From positions 1 to 64,000 of the forward strand of contig CAVPKM010000020.1 in NCBI GenBank assembly GCA_963705725.1: 64,000 nucleotides of DNA. The letters are read 5' to 3'. Made by a program: the position numbers and the translations under genes. The DNA is from an uncultured Gammaproteobacteria bacterium (GTDB taxonomy: Bacteria > Pseudomonadota > Gammaproteobacteria > UBA6002). Of this stretch, positions 48,722 to 60,758 are shown piece after piece. The notes below the pieces were generated by a model that searched no databases, was not told where the DNA came from, and saw only the letters and a program-made list of their open reading frames with translations. Numbering within the stretch: position 1 is the first letter of the stretch; the number at the start of each line of letters is the position of its first letter.

Positions 48722-48985
48722 TTACTCAAGACCTTTGATATGTGCTGAGAGTCTGCTTTTGTGTCTCGCCGCTTTGTTTTTGTGGATTAGCTTTTTGTTG
48801 ACCATGCCATCAATATAGGGGACTGCTTGCTCGTAAGCTTGTTTTGCTTCTGCCTTATTGCCGCCTTCAATGGCTTTTAATACCTTTTTAAGGCAAGTGC
48901 GCATTCTTGAGCGTAAACTTGAATTATGTAAACGATGCTTTTCTGCTTGTCTGACTCGTTTTTTTGCTTGTGCAGTATTTGCCAC
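48722..48985 (-). CDS. rpsT: 30S ribosomal protein S20
   Basis: MANTAQAKKRVRQ, IHKNKAARHKSRL. Confidence 0.98.
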   Translation of the reverse strand: MANTAQAKKRVRQAEKHRLHNSSLRSRMRTCLKKVLKAIEGGNKAEAKQAYEQAVPYIDGMVNKKLIHKNKAARHKSRLSAHIKGLE

Positions 48986-49020
48986 TGTATAAACTCCAAG
49001 ATATATTCAATAATTTATTG

Positions 49021-49049
49021 AATATGCCGGGGATAGGATTTATTGTCAA
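49021..49049 (-). promoter_or_regulatory. Sigma70-like promoter for rpsT
   Basis: Minus strand TTGACA-17 bp-CATATT. Confidence 0.55.
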
Positions 49050-49088
49050 CTATTTAAAGCTGAAATACCTACATTTTGAAGGCTAGCA

Positions 49089-50033
49089 ATGGAAATCATC
49101 CGTGGTATTACTAATATCAGGCCAAAACATCGTGGCTGTGTTCTTACCATTGGTAATTTTGATGGTGTGCACCAAGGGCATCAAAATTTACTCTCCCAAC
49201 TACTTGCAAAATCTCATCAGCTTAACCTTCCTGCTACAGCGATTATTTTTGAGCCTCAGCCAAATGAATTCTTTAATCAAGAGGCCTGTTTAACAAGACT
49301 CATGACATTGCGAGAAAAAATTGAAGCATTGAGCCGGCAAGGTCTTGATCGCGTTTTATGTATACGGTTTACTGAAAAAATAGCGAGATTAACCAGCGAG
49401 GCATTTGTTCATGATATACTGTTTGAAAAGTTAGCAACAAAGTATGTACTCGTTGGTGATGATTTTAAATTTGGTTATAAACGGCTCGGTGATTTTGTAT
49501 TATTAAAACGATTAGGTGAAAAATACTTTTTTGAAGCAGCGCATTTGCCGACTTTTAAGCTCCTAGGTAAGCGTGTTAGCAGTACGCGAATTCGGCAGTT
49601 GCTGGAACAGGGAGAGGTAGAACAGGCGAATTATTTATTGGGCCAATCCTTTACGGTTAAAGGACGCGTGATAGAAGGTGATAAAATAGGACGACAGCTT
49701 GGTTTTCCTACTGCTAACATCCATTTTGAACCTAAAAAAGTTCCATTATCTGGGATCTTCATAGTTGAAATGTTAGGAATAGACAATAAGCCGCTGCCTG
49801 GCGTAGCAAGTATCGGAACACGTCCCACAGTCAATTTAAGTGCGGAAAAAACGTTTGAAGTGCATCTATTAAATTTTGACCAAAATATTTATGGTCAGCT
49901 TGTTGCAGTCCGTTTTTTGAAAAAAGTTCGAGATGAACTGGCCTTTCCTGATTTGATTGCACTAAAAGAACAAATTAAGCTGGATGTTGAGCTAGCAAAA
50001 AATTTTTTTACTCATCATCGACGCAGGGTATAA
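49089..50033 (+). CDS. ribF: Riboflavin kinase/FAD synthetase
   Basis: TIGNFDGVHQGH, VGDDFKFG, SSTRIR, GRQLGFPTAN, GTRPT. Confidence 0.97.
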   Translation: MEIIRGITNIRPKHRGCVLTIGNFDGVHQGHQNLLSQLLAKSHQLNLPATAIIFEPQPNEFFNQEACLTRLMTLREKIEALSRQGLDRVLCIRFTEKIARLTSEAFVHDILFEKLATKYVLVGDDFKFGYKRLGDFVLLKRLGEKYFFEAAHLPTFKLLGKRVSSTRIRQLLEQGEVEQANYLLGQSFTVKGRVIEGDKIGRQLGFPTANIHFEPKKVPLSGIFIVEMLGIDNKPLPGVASIGTRPTVNLSAEKTFEVHLLNFDQNIYGQLVAVRFLKKVRDELAFPDLIALKEQIKLDVELAKNFFTHHRRRV

Positions 50034-50068
50034 TAACTTATTTTGATTGCTACTAGAGGTAAAATTTC

Positions 50069-52868
50069 ATGGCAGACTACAAGCATACATTAAATTTGCC
50101 AGCAACGCCTTTTCCCATGAAGGCAAATCTTCCCGCTCGTGAACCTGAAATTTTACAATTTTGGCAGCAGATTAATCTTTATCAAAAATTGCGGCAACTT
50201 GGAAAAAATCGCACGAAATTTATCCTTCACGATGGCCCGCCCTATGCAAATGGGCAGCTTCATATTGGTCATGCAGTTGGCAAAACATTAAAAGATATTG
50301 TCATTAAATTTAAAACATTAAGTAATTACGATGCGCCATATGTGCCAGGCTGGGATTGTCATGGTCTCCCTATCGAGCTTAATGTTGAAAAGCAAATCGG
50401 TAAGGCCGCGAAAATGGCAAAAACTGAATTTATTAAAGCTTGCCGCGATTATGCAAAATCGCAAATCGAATTACAAAAAACAGATTTTATTCGGCTAGGT
50501 GTGTTGGGGGATTGGGATCATCCCTATCTGACAATGGATCCTGGCTATGAAGCAAACGTTATTCGCTCATTATCAAAAATCATTGAAAATGGTCATCTGC
50601 AACAAGGATTCAAGCCCGTCCATTGGTGCATTGAATGTGGTTCAGCACTAGCCGAAGCAGAAGTTGAATATAAAGATAAGCAGTCAGAGGCTATTGATGT
50701 GCTGTTTCGAGTTGTTGAGCACGATTCCAAGCTAGCAGCGCTTAACCTACCCATTACCAATCAAGCTGTTGCTGTTCCCATTTGGACTACTACGCCTTGG
50801 ACTTTACCTGCGAACCAAGCTGTCGCGCTTAATCCAAAATATGATTATGTCTTTGTGCAAATTGAGGAGGCAGGTCCTATCCTGATTGTGGCAAAAGCAT
50901 TGATTGAAAGCTTTCTGCAACGGTTAAATCGTGTAGAAAGTCCTATTATCGCGACTTTTCAAGGCAAAGAGTTGGAAGGAATACGCCTGCATCATCCTTT
51001 CTTAATGCGAGAAGTGCCATTAATTTTAAGTGACCACGTGACGCTCGATGCGGGAACCGGCGCTGTGCACATTGCCCCTGCCCATGGCCAAGAAGATTAT
51101 GCAGTTAGCCAAATTTATAAATTGCCGCTTGATAATCCAGTAGATGGTAAGGGTTTCTACTTGCCTGGGACTCCCTTAGTTGCGGGAGAATCCATTACAA
51201 AAGTAGCGGATACTATTCTTGAAATCCTTAAGGAACATTCAAATTTATTGCATGAAAGTAAAATTCAACATAGTTATCCGCATTGTTGGCGGCATAAAAC
51301 GCCTTTAATTTTTCGTGCGACGCCGCAATGGTTTATCAGCATGGAAAAAAATGGGTTGCGTGAGCAAGCGCTTATCTCAGTTAAAAAAACCCATTGGATT
51401 CCTGGGTGGGGAGAGACACGTATTCTGGATATGATAGAAAAACGTCCTGATTGGTGCATCTCCAGGCAAAGAGTATGGAATACTCCTATTCCATTATTCA
51501 TCCATAAACAAACGCGAGAACTGCATCCTGATACTCTCCGATCATGGAAAAAGTGGCTGAATTGGTAGCAAAAAATGGTATAGAAATCTGGTATCAGCTT
51601 AATTTGACTGATTTAGTCTCCCAAAGACGCGGATTTATATGAAAAAATCACTGATACATTAGATGTATGGTTTGATTCAGGAGTTAGCCATGCTTGCGTG
51701 CTAGATCAACGTAAAGAATTACACGTCACCCGCCGATCTTTACCTAGAAGGATCTGATCAGCATAGAGGGTGGTTTCAAACCTCCCTGTTAACTTCTGTT
51801 GCCATGTATGAAAGAGCGCCTTACTTGAATGTACTCACACATGGGTTCACGGTCGATGCCAAAGGTCGTAAAATGTCCAAGTCACTTGGCAATGTGCTTG
51901 CGCTGGAAAAAGTTATTCGTGAGCTAGGTGCCGATGTTTTGCGACTTTGGGTAGCCACAACGGATTATCGTAATGAAATAACTGTATCGAAAGAAATTTT
52001 TGAACGATCTACTGAAGCTTATCGTCGTATTAGAAATACAGCCAAGTTTTTTCTTTCTAATCTCAATGATTTTAATCCAGACCAAGATTTATTGCCTTTT
52101 TCCGATTTATTGCAACTTGATCAATGGGCTGTCGATGCAGGCGCGCAATTACAAGAAGAAATCATCACTGCTTATGGTCATTATCAGTTTCATGTGGTCA
52201 CACAAAAAATACAGCATTTTTGTTCTATCGAAATGGGCAGTTTTTATCTGGATATTCTCAAAGACCGCTTATACACCACAAAGGCAAAAAGTTTAGCGAG
52301 ACGGTCGGCGCAAACCGCTATTTTTCATTTGCTTAATGCGATGGTTCGCTGGATTGCGCCTGTCCTTTCTTTTACCGCAGAAGAGATTTGGCAGTATATG
52401 CCTGGAAAAGAACGTGAATCTGTATTCCTTTCAACCTGGTATTCAAAATTGGCCAGTACGACGCAAGTCATCAGACAAAATTGGAGTCGTATTATCGCTT
52501 TACGAGAACAAGTCAATCTTGAACTCGAACGTCAGCGTGTTGCTGGTAAAATTGGTTCTCCACTTGCTGCTGAAATTATACTGGACTGTAAGGAGCAAGA
52601 TTATCAACTGCTATCCAAATTTGGAGAAGAATTGCGTTTTATTTTTATTACTTCAGATGCAGGCATAAGATTAAACGATCAAAAGCAGGAAGGGGAAATT
52701 TCCTTGACCCCTGAGGTGAAAATTGAAGTGTCGCCTTCTTCTTATGAAAAATGTGGGCGTTGTTGGCATCGTCGAAAAGAAGTGGGGCAAAATCAAGCTT
52801 ATGAAGATCTTTGTGCGCGCTGCGTAGCAAATGTAGAGGGTGAGGGTGAATTAAGAAAATATGTTTAA
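50069..52868 (+). CDS. ileS: Isoleucine--tRNA ligase (apparent frameshifts near 51540, 51625 and 51730)
   Basis: [47 protein letters not shown] and C-terminal C..CW zinc finger, spread over several frames. Confidence 0.95.
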
Positions 52869-52906
52869 TTAAAAATTCATTAACGAAGGGTATTGAGGGT
52901 AGAAGA

Positions 52907-53403
52907 TTGGAAACAGTATGGGTAAAAAAAAATGGACTGCATTGGCTATGGTTAGCGGTTGGGGTGGTGATGCTCGATCAACTGAGCAAAATTATTATTC
53001 ATTTTTATTTAGATTATAATCAGACAGTTAGTTTACTGCCTTTTCTGAGTTTTACCCTTGCTTACAATAAGGGGGCGGCTTTTAGCTTTCTATCGGGGCA
53101 GGAGCATGCTATCTGGTTTTTTATCTTTACCGCTTGTTTAATTAGTGCTTTTTTATGCTTGTATCTCTATCGATTACGTCCTAATGATAACTGGCAAGGC
53201 ATCAGCCTTGCGTTGATTTAGGAGGAGCTATCGGGAATTTATTTGATCGCATCCTTTATAGTTACGTAATTGATTTCATTCATTTTCATTTTGGTTATTG
53301 GAGTTTTCCGATTTTTAATATTGCGGATACGAGTATTACTATTGGAGCCTTCATGTTAATTATTGATATCTTTAGGAAAAAAAATGGAAATATTACTCGC
53401 TAA
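52907..53403 (+). CDS. lspA: Lipoprotein signal peptidase (apparent frameshift at ~53218)
   Basis: DQLSK, NKGAAFS, then in a shifted frame [19 protein letters not shown]. Confidence 0.93.
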
Positions 53404-54313
53404 TCCTCGTGGATTCTGTGCTGGGGTAGATAGGGCAATAGAAATAGTTGAGCGTGCGCTAGATATTTTTGGTCCACCGATTTGGGTTAGGCATGAAGTG
53501 GTTCACAATGAATATGTCGTGAAAAAATTACGTGAACGGGGTGCCATTTTTACCGATGATTTAAATGAAATCCCCGAAGGTGCAATTGTAATATTTAGTG
53601 CACATGGCGTTTCTCAAGCTGTTCGAGAGGAAGCGAAATCACGCGGTTTTAAAGTTTTTGACGCGACTTGTCCCTTAGTGACAAAGGTTCATATGGAAGT
53701 GGCTCGATATAGTCGTGAAGGACTTGAGTGCATTTTGATTGGCCATGCGGGTCACCCCGAAGTAGAAGGCACCATGGGTCAATATGCTAATCCAGCAGGT
53801 GGCATCTATCTCATTGAAAATGAAAATGATGTTGCTACTGTCCAGGTTAACAACCCTGATCAGCTGACCTACGTGTCTCAAACTACCTTATCTGTTGATG
53901 ATACGGGAAAAATCATTGAGCTACTGAGGCAGCGGTTCCCTAAGATTAAGGGTCCAAGACGGGAAGATATTTGTTATGCAACCCAAAATCGTCAGGATGC
54001 GGTTAAAGAATTGGCCAGTCGCTCAGAAGTAGTGATTGTTGTTGGCTCAGTAAACAGCTCCAATTCAAATCGTTTAAAGGAATTAGCCGAACGGCTGGGT
54101 TGTGAAGCTTACTTAGTGGATAGCGCAGATTCTATTAAGCAAGAATGGATAGTGAATAAGCATACAATAGGCGTGAGCGCCGGCGCTTCTGCTCCTGAAA
54201 TCTTAGTTCAAGAAGTCATAGCCCGATTAGAAAAATGGGGCGGGCAAGTGGCAACGGAGCTTAAAGGTTGTGAAGAAAAATATTATTTTTGCGCTGCCAA
54301 AAGGCTTGCGTAA
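53384..54313 (+). CDS. ispH: 4-hydroxy-3-methylbut-2-enyl diphosphate reductase
   Basis: [45 protein letters not shown]. Confidence 0.97.
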   Translation: MEILLANPRGFCAGVDRAIEIVERALDIFGPPIWVRHEVVHNEYVVKKLRERGAIFTDDLNEIPEGAIVIFSAHGVSQAVREEAKSRGFKVFDATCPLVTKVHMEVARYSREGLECILIGHAGHPEVEGTMGQYANPAGGIYLIENENDVATVQVNNPDQLTYVSQTTLSVDDTGKIIELLRQRFPKIKGPRREDICYATQNRQDAVKELASRSEVVIVVGSVNSSNSNRLKELAERLGCEAYLVDSADSIKQEWIVNKHTIGVSAGASAPEILVQEVIARLEKWGGQVATELKGCEEKYYFCAAKRLA

Positions 54314-54330
54314 GCGAAAAAAATCCTCTT

Positions 54331-54381
54331 TTGAGAATGATTCTCAATTGCGTTGACACGTCTTTTTCACTTTGTAATAAT
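54331..54381 (+). promoter_or_regulatory. Fur-box-like palindrome next to a sigma70 promoter for feoAB
   Basis: TTGAGAATGATTCTCAA (54331-54347), then TTGACA-17 bp-AATAAT. Confidence 0.75.
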
Positions 54382-54413
54382 GACTTCTTAGCATTAAGGT
54401 TTAGGAGTCTCGC

Positions 54414-54647
54414 TTGGATCTAAGTCACCTCTCTGTAGGAGATCATGCAACAATCATTGGTTATCGACAAGAAGATAAGCAATATCGAAAAAAACTATTA
54501 AGTCTTGGGTTAACGCCGCGCACCGAAATTGTCCTAATCGGAATTGCACCACTTGGCGATCCTGTTGAGATTAAAATTAGAGGCCATTCTCTTTGCTTAA
54601 GAAGAAACGAAGCAAAGGTAATCTTATTAGAAAAAAAATCAGCATGA
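54414..54647 (+). CDS. feoA: Ferrous iron transport protein A
   Basis: KLLSLGLTP, APLGDP, LRRNEA. Confidence 0.93.
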   Translation: MDLSHLSVGDHATIIGYRQEDKQYRKKLLSLGLTPRTEIVLIGIAPLGDPVEIKIRGHSLCLRRNEAKVILLEKKSA

Positions 54648-57028
54648 CATCTATTACTGTAGGACTAGTCGGCAATCCTAACTGTGGAAAAACCACTATT
54701 TTCAATGGCTTGACTCAGTCAAAACAAAAAGTGGGTAATTTTTCTGGAGTGACCGTCGAGCGCAAATCTGGTGAATTTCAGCTGCAATCGAAAAAAGTTG
54801 AAGTCATCGATTTGCCTGGTATTTACCAATTTTCTTATTCAGCAGACCAGCAGGCTGTGGATGAAAAAATCGCTTCCCAATTTATTCTAAACCATGAAGC
54901 GGATGTCATTGTAAATATTGTGGATGCAGCACATCTTGAACGCCATCTCTACCTCACCTTGCAATTATTAACGTTAAATGTTCCCTTGATTATTGCTGTA
55001 AATATGCTGGATATCGCTAAGCGTCGGCAAATAGACATCGATTTAGTAAAATTACAGTCTATTTTAGGCTGCCCTGTGGTGAGCCTAGTCGCTAAGCAAG
55101 GCAAGGGTATTCACGATCTAAAGCGCGCGATAATTAACTATGATCAATATAGTCAACCAGCTGCTCAGCTGCGAATTTTACCTTCCATTCTTTCCGATTC
55201 AATTACAGAGCTAGCTGCAGAAATTCAGAATAATCATCCGAGTTGGAAAGCCTCCGGGAGTTGGCTAGCAGAACAAATATTACAAGATCCGGACAGTACT
55301 CAAATTATTAATCCTTCCATTAGGCAGCATGCTAATTGGCATAAAGAAAAAATAGAACAAGAGTTAGGGCAAGAATTAGATATTGTATTTGCTGATAGTT
55401 TTTATACAGCAGTGAGTCAAATTACTGAAAAAGCGTTGAAATATAATGATAACAAGCCAACTTATACAGAAAAAATAGATAAGGTTATATTAAATCGGTG
55501 GTTGGGCGTGCCGATTTTTTTAGGGGTCATGTATGTCATGTTCTTGTTTGCTATCAATTTAGGTGGGGCATTTCAAGATTTTTTTGATATTACTTCTGAA
55601 ACGTTTTTTGTTCAAGGAGTGGAAAATAGCTTTAAATTATTGCATGCGCCAAGCTGGATTACTGCATTATTTGCAGCAGGATTTGGCAAAGGGATCAATA
55701 CCGTTGTTAGCTTTATCCCGGTGATTGGTAGCATGTTTTTTTTCCTAGCAATGTTAGAAGAATCAGGTTACATGGCAAGGGCAAGTGTTGTCGTTGATCG
55801 ATTGATGCGAATATTAGGATTGCCGGGTAAGTCTTTTGTGCCAATGATTGTTGGATTTGGATGTAATGTTCCAGCTATTTTAGGAGCAAGAACGCTGGAA
55901 ACAGAACGAGATAGAATTTTGACCATTATGATGAGTCCCTTTATGTCATGCGGTGCAAGACTGGCTATTTTTGCTGTTTTTACCGCGGCTTTTTTCCCTA
56001 CGGGTGGGCAAAACATTGTTTTTCTTCTTTATTTAATTGGTATCATTACCGCTATTTTAACGGGATTCTTATTAAGAAAAACTTTGTTAAAAGGAAAGGT
56101 CACTCCGCTTATTTTAGAGCTACCTGCTTACCATCTGCCACCCTTTTTAGCATTAATCAAATCAACATGGCATCGGCTAAAAAGTTTTCTTTTCGATGCA
56201 GGTAAATTGATTGTCCCTATTTGTATGCTCATTGGATTTTTAAATACCTTAAGTCTGAATGACATTGGCATCACCAATGAAAACAGCCAAAAATCTATTC
56301 TTTCTTCTATTGGTCAAGAAATCACTCCTATTCTTAGTCCCATTGGTATTCATCAAGATAATTGGCCGGCAACGGTTGGACTGGTGACAGGAACGTTAGC
56401 GAAGGAAGTGGTGGTTGCAACATTGAACACACTGTATTCTCAAGTAGGCCAAATAGGAGAAAATTCAGCTAAGCAGTCTTCTATATGGATAAACTTACAA
56501 GCAGCAGTGATGTCCATACCTCATAATCTCATTGCATTAAAAGATTCCTTTACCAACCCTGTTGCGGCAAGTGTTTCAGAGGATTCCTTAAATAAGCAGG
56601 TCTATGGCGTGATGTATCAACGTTTTGGAGGAAAAATTGCGGCTTTTGCTTATTTACTATTCGTATTGTTATATTTCCCTTGTGTTTCGGCAACAGCAGC
56701 CATTGCTAAAGAATTAAATAAAAATTGGTCGTTGTTTTCCGTCGCTTGGAGTACCTTGGTGGCTTATTCGATTGCGACCTTGTTCTATCAGCTCGGGACT
56801 TTCTACTTTCACCCCATTTCTTCATTAATTTGGTTGTTTCTCATTCTGTCCCTATTCACTGTTATAATTTCATTAATGAAAAAATGTGGTAAGCATCGAA
56901 CGGTTAGGGAGTCGGCTTGTACTGTGAGTGGAAAGAATTTTGACGGTTTAGGGAGGTTTTATGAAATTAACTACCAAGCTCCAAATGGCCTTTGCCGATG
57001 CGCAATCTCTTGCCATAGGAAAAGATAA
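54644..57028 (+). CDS. feoB: Ferrous iron transport protein B
   Basis: [51 protein letters not shown]; start at MTSIT. Confidence 0.97.
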   Translation: MTSITVGLVGNPNCGKTTIFNGLTQSKQKVGNFSGVTVERKSGEFQLQSKKVEVIDLPGIYQFSYSADQQAVDEKIASQFILNHEADVIVNIVDAAHLERHLYLTLQLLTLNVPLIIAVNMLDIAKRRQIDIDLVKLQSILGCPVVSLVAKQGKGIHDLKRAIINYDQYSQPAAQLRILPSILSDSITELAAEIQNNHPSWKASGSWLAEQILQDPDSTQIINPSIRQHANWHKEKIEQELGQELDIVFADSFYTAVSQITEKALKYNDNKPTYTEKIDKVILNRWLGVPIFLGVMYVMFLFAINLGGAFQDFFDITSETFFVQGVENSFKLLHAPSWITALFAAGFGKGINTVVSFIPVIGSMFFFLAMLEESGYMARASVVVDRLMRILGLPGKSFVPMIVGFGCNVPAILGARTLETERDRILTIMMSPFMSCGARLAIFAVFTAAFFPTGGQNIVFLLYLIGIITAILTGFLLRKTLLKGKVTPLILELPAYHLPPFLALIKSTWHRLKSFLFDAGKLIVPICMLIGFLNTLSLNDIGITNENSQKSILSSIGQEITPILSPIGIHQDNWPATVGLVTGTLAKEVVVATLNTLYSQVGQIGENSAKQSSIWINLQAAVMSIPHNLIALKDSFTNPVAASVSEDSLNKQVYGVMYQRFGGKIAAFAYLLFVLLYFPCVSATAAIAKELNKNWSLFSVAWSTLVAYSIATLFYQLGTFYFHPISSLIWLFLILSLFTVIISLMKKCGKHRTVRESACTVSGKNFDGLGRFYEINYQAPNGLCRCAISCHRKR

Positions 57029-59540
57029 CCAATTTATTGAACCTATCCATCTCATGAAAGCCCTGTTAGATCAGGAAGGAGGAACGGTAAATTATTTACT
57101 GACTCAAGGAGGAGTGGAGGTAGCGCTGTTGCGTGCTGAAATTGATGCAGGTATCGATGCATTGCCACAAGTCCAAGGATCTTTAGGGGAAGTGCATATT
57201 TCTAATGATCTGACAAGATTGCTTAATATAGCGGATAAATTTGCTCAACAAGGAAAGGATCAATTTGTTTCGAGTGAGCTTTTTATTTTAGCTGCTATCG
57301 AGGATAAAAAAGATACATTAGGGAAAATATTGCGAAAAGCTGGAGCAAATAAAAATAAACTACAAGCCGCTATTGATGAGATTAGAGGAGGATCAAAAGT
57401 GAATTCTCCTGATGCAGAAGAACAACGGCAGGCGCTCAAGCGTTATACCACTGATATCACTGAAAGAGCAGAGCAAGGTAAGCTTGATCCTGTTATTGGG
57501 CGTGATAATGAGATACGGCGTACCATCCAAGTCTTGCAGCGCAGAACAAAAAATAATCCTGTATTAATTGGAGAGCCAGGAGTTGGGAAGACTGCGATTG
57601 TAGAAGGGTTGGCGCAAAGAATTATCAATCATGAAGTTCCAGAAGGTCTTAAAAATAAACGGCTGCTAGCACTTGACATGGGTACACTCATTGCCGGCGC
57701 TAAATACCGCGGCGAATTTGAAGAACGACTCAAGGCTGTACTCAGTGATTTAGCCAAGCAAGAAGGGCAAATTATATTATTTATTGATGAAATTCATACC
57801 ATGGTGGGGGCGGGTAAGGCAGAAGGCGCGATGGATGCGGGCAATATGTTAAAGCCTGCCTTGGCGCGAGGGGAATTGCATTGCGTCGGTGCAACGACGC
57901 TAGATGAATATCGACAATACATTGAAAAGGATGCGGCATTAGAGCGACGTTTTCAAAAAGTCTTGGTTGATGAACCCTCTGTCGAAGACGCAATAGCAAT
58001 TTTGCGGGGATTAAAAGAGCGTTACGAATTACATCATGCGGTTGAAATTACTGATCCCGCGATTGTAGCCGCGGTAACCTTATCACATCGTTATATCACC
58101 GACCGCAATCTCCCCGACAAAGCCATTGATTTAATTGATGAGGCAGCGAGTCAAATTCGTATGGAAATCGATTCTAAGCCTGAAGAATTAGATCGCTTAG
58201 AACGGAGATTGATTCAATTTAAAATTGAACGGGAAGCATTGAAAAAAGAAGCGGATGAGGCCTCACGAAAGAGATTAGAAAATTTAGAATCTGAAATTTC
58301 ACGCTTGGAAAAGGATTATTCTGACTTGGAAGAAGTCTGGAAATCTGAAAAAGCCGCATTACAAGGAACACAACATATTAAAGAAGAGTTAGAGCGTGCC
58401 AGACTTGAGCTCGAAACGGCGAGGAGGGTGACAGACCTTACTCGCATGTCAGAGCTACAATATGGTCGTATCCCTGAACTTGAAAAGAAATTAGCCGATG
58501 CTCAGCGATTTGAACACCAAGAGCGCCATTTGGTCAGAAACAAGGTGACGGCTGAAGAAATTGCAGAAGTTGTGGCTAAGTGGACGCATATACCTGTTGC
58601 AAAATTAATGGAAGGTGAGCGGGATAAACTACTGAAAATGGAATCCGTATTACATAAAAGAGTAATCGGACAACCTGAAGCCGTTAGCGTCGTTTCCAAT
58701 GCGATTAGGCGTTCAAGAGCTGGCTTATCCGATCCCAATCGACCTGTTGGCTCATTTTTATTTCTCGGACCAACAGGAGTGGGAAAAACAGAACTATGTA
58801 AGACGCTCACTGCTTTTTTGTTTGATACAGAAGAAGCGATGGTGCGAATTGATATGTCAGAATTTATGGAGAAGCATTCTGTCGCACGTTTAATCGGCGC
58901 CCCTCCTGGTTATGTGGGCTATGAAGAAGGCGGTTATTTGACAGAAGCGGTAAGGCGACGTCCTTATTCATTAATTTTGCTCGATGAAATAGAAAAAGCC
59001 CATGTGGACGTTTTTAATATTTTATTACAAGTGCTTGATGATGGAAGGCTGACGGATGGCCAGGGACGAACCGTAGATTTCAGAAATACCATTATTGTGA
59101 TGACATCCAATTTAGGATCACATCAAATTCAAGAGTTATCTGGTAGTACTTATGAAGTGATGAAGAAAGCGGTCATGGAAATCGTTGAACAGCAATTTCG
59201 ACCAGAATTTTTAAATCGTATCGATGAGTCTGTCGTATTCCATGCATTAGACAAAACGCAAATTCGTAGTATCACAGAAATACAAATACAGCGGTTACAA
59301 AAACGTTTACACGAACGTGAACTCAGTCTTGAGCTCACAGAGAAAGCCATTAATTACTTGTCAGAGGTAGGTTATGACCCTGTTTATGGCGCAAGACCGC
59401 TAAAACGCGCAGTACAAAATTACTTGGAAAATCCTTTAGCCCAGGACATATTAGAAGGCAGATTTTTACCAGGTGAAATTATTCAAGTGGATTATGATGG
59501 GCAGTCTGCGCTAACCTTTAAGGTAACTACTACCCCCTAG
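56961..59540 (+). CDS. clpB: ATP-dependent chaperone ClpB
   Basis: Two AAA domains ([16 protein letters not shown]) plus a coiled-coil middle domain. Confidence 0.98.
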   Translation: MKLTTKLQMAFADAQSLAIGKDNQFIEPIHLMKALLDQEGGTVNYLLTQGGVEVALLRAEIDAGIDALPQVQGSLGEVHISNDLTRLLNIADKFAQQGKDQFVSSELFILAAIEDKKDTLGKILRKAGANKNKLQAAIDEIRGGSKVNSPDAEEQRQALKRYTTDITERAEQGKLDPVIGRDNEIRRTIQVLQRRTKNNPVLIGEPGVGKTAIVEGLAQRIINHEVPEGLKNKRLLALDMGTLIAGAKYRGEFEERLKAVLSDLAKQEGQIILFIDEIHTMVGAGKAEGAMDAGNMLKPALARGELHCVGATTLDEYRQYIEKDAALERRFQKVLVDEPSVEDAIAILRGLKERYELHHAVEITDPAIVAAVTLSHRYITDRNLPDKAIDLIDEAASQIRMEIDSKPEELDRLERRLIQFKIEREALKKEADEASRKRLENLESEISRLEKDYSDLEEVWKSEKAALQGTQHIKEELERARLELETARRVTDLTRMSELQYGRIPELEKKLADAQRFEHQERHLVRNKVTAEEIAEVVAKWTHIPVAKLMEGERDKLLKMESVLHKRVIGQPEAVSVVSNAIRRSRAGLSDPNRPVGSFLFLGPTGVGKTELCKTLTAFLFDTEEAMVRIDMSEFMEKHSVARLIGAPPGYVGYEEGGYLTEAVRRRPYSLILLDEIEKAHVDVFNILLQVLDDGRLTDGQGRTVDFRNTIIVMTSNLGSHQIQELSGSTYEVMKKAVMEIVEQQFRPEFLNRIDESVVFHALDKTQIRSITEIQIQRLQKRLHERELSLELTEKAINYLSEVGYDPVYGARPLKRAVQNYLENPLAQDILEGRFLPGEIIQVDYDGQSALTFKVTTTP

Positions 59541-59576
59541 AAGCAGACGTCTTGGCCAACAAATCCCTTGAGGGCC

Positions 59577-60758
59577 CTATATCCAATATTTCATATAAAG
59601 TAATAAACGGCCAATCATTCTTTGATAAAAAGGTCTTTTCTGCCAACTATTAAGTTCTACTTCTTTAGATGCAGTTAAATCTTGAACAAATTGTTTGGCA
59701 ATCTGTTTTTTAGATTCAAGTAATCGAATATTTACATCTACCTCAAGGTCATGAAGCAAGCTGCGATGATTTAAATTACTCGACCCGACACTCATCCAAT
59801 CATCAATAATTAATGTTTTTGCATGCAGCATACTCGGCAAGTACTCAAAAATTCGTACTCCTGCTTTTACCAAGTGGTAATAAAAAGTAGCGGATGTCCA
59901 GGGTAGAACAAAAATATCTGAGCGTTGTGGTAAGAGTATTCTAACGTCTACGCCCCTTACTGCTGCATCCACTAACTTCTTTAGCAAGATGCTATCTGGG
60001 ACGAAGTAGGCATTGGTTATCCATATTCTATTTTTGCATTGATTAATACGACTTAATAAATTTCTGTAAAGTAATCGACGCCTATGACGAGTATTGTTGA
60101 CACGAAAGACAGGATTTTTATTAATATGCCGAAAACTTTCTCGAATTCGCTCTTGGATTGGCATGTGGTCCCAAGCTACTTCAAATGCTGCCTTTAATTC
60201 CTTCGTTTCAGTACAATTTAATCTTACTGTGGTATCTCGCCAATGCTCACCCCACTGTTCTTTATCCAGATGGCTTTGGCAAATATTTACACTGCCTACA
60301 TAAACGATGCGATCATCGATGATGCAAACCTTGCGATGATTGCGAGAGTTTATTTTCAATAAAAGGTAGATGGCTTTGAGTAGCGGTGAAACTCGTACCA
60401 CTGATCGACTCCATTGCCAAAGTCGCCAAGGAAAGGGATGAAAAATTCGTGTTTGTATACCCTGACTTTCAAGCATTCGTGTCAGTCCATTTCCCCAAAG
60501 TGGGGTACCGGCTCCATCAACCAGTATCCGTATGGTTACGCCTTTTTTTGCTGCTATTAATAATGCATTGGCGATTTTTTGCCCTACCCAATCATCATTA
60601 AAAATATAAGTTTCGAGCTCAATAGAATTTTTTGCAGCGGTGATATCGACCACCAGTTGTTCGTAAAAACTCAAACAATCGGAAATGATAAGTTCATGCA
60701 AATCAGCGGTCGTGTTGTGGACGCGTAGATGGTTTTTTGACATACATAATATGCTCAA
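59577..60758 (-). CDS. Cardiolipin synthase (ClsB-like, PLD family)
   Basis: Two HKD motifs (NHRKVCIID, LHAKTLIID); no N-terminal TM. Confidence 0.88.
   Translation of the reverse strand: MSILCMSKNHLRVHNTTADLHELIISDCLSFYEQLVVDITAAKNSIELETYIFNDDWVGQKIANALLIAAKKGVTIRILVDGAGTPLWGNGLTRMLESQGIQTRIFHPFPWRLWQWSRSVVRVSPLLKAIYLLLKINSRNHRKVCIIDDRIVYVGSVNICQSHLDKEQWGEHWRDTTVRLNCTETKELKAAFEVAWDHMPIQERIRESFRHINKNPVFRVNNTRHRRRLLYRNLLSRINQCKNRIWITNAYFVPDSILLKKLVDAAVRGVDVRILLPQRSDIFVLPWTSATFYYHLVKAGVRIFEYLPSMLHAKTLIIDDWMSVGSSNLNHRSLLHDLEVDVNIRLLESKKQIAKQFVQDLTASKEVELNSWQKRPFYQRMIGRLLLYMKYWI

Noticed and set aside
50069-53403. ileS and lspA as true pseudogenes or programmed frameshifts
   Set aside because: These are essential genes with otherwise intact motifs, and similar indels are scattered through the window; sequencing error is more parsimonious.
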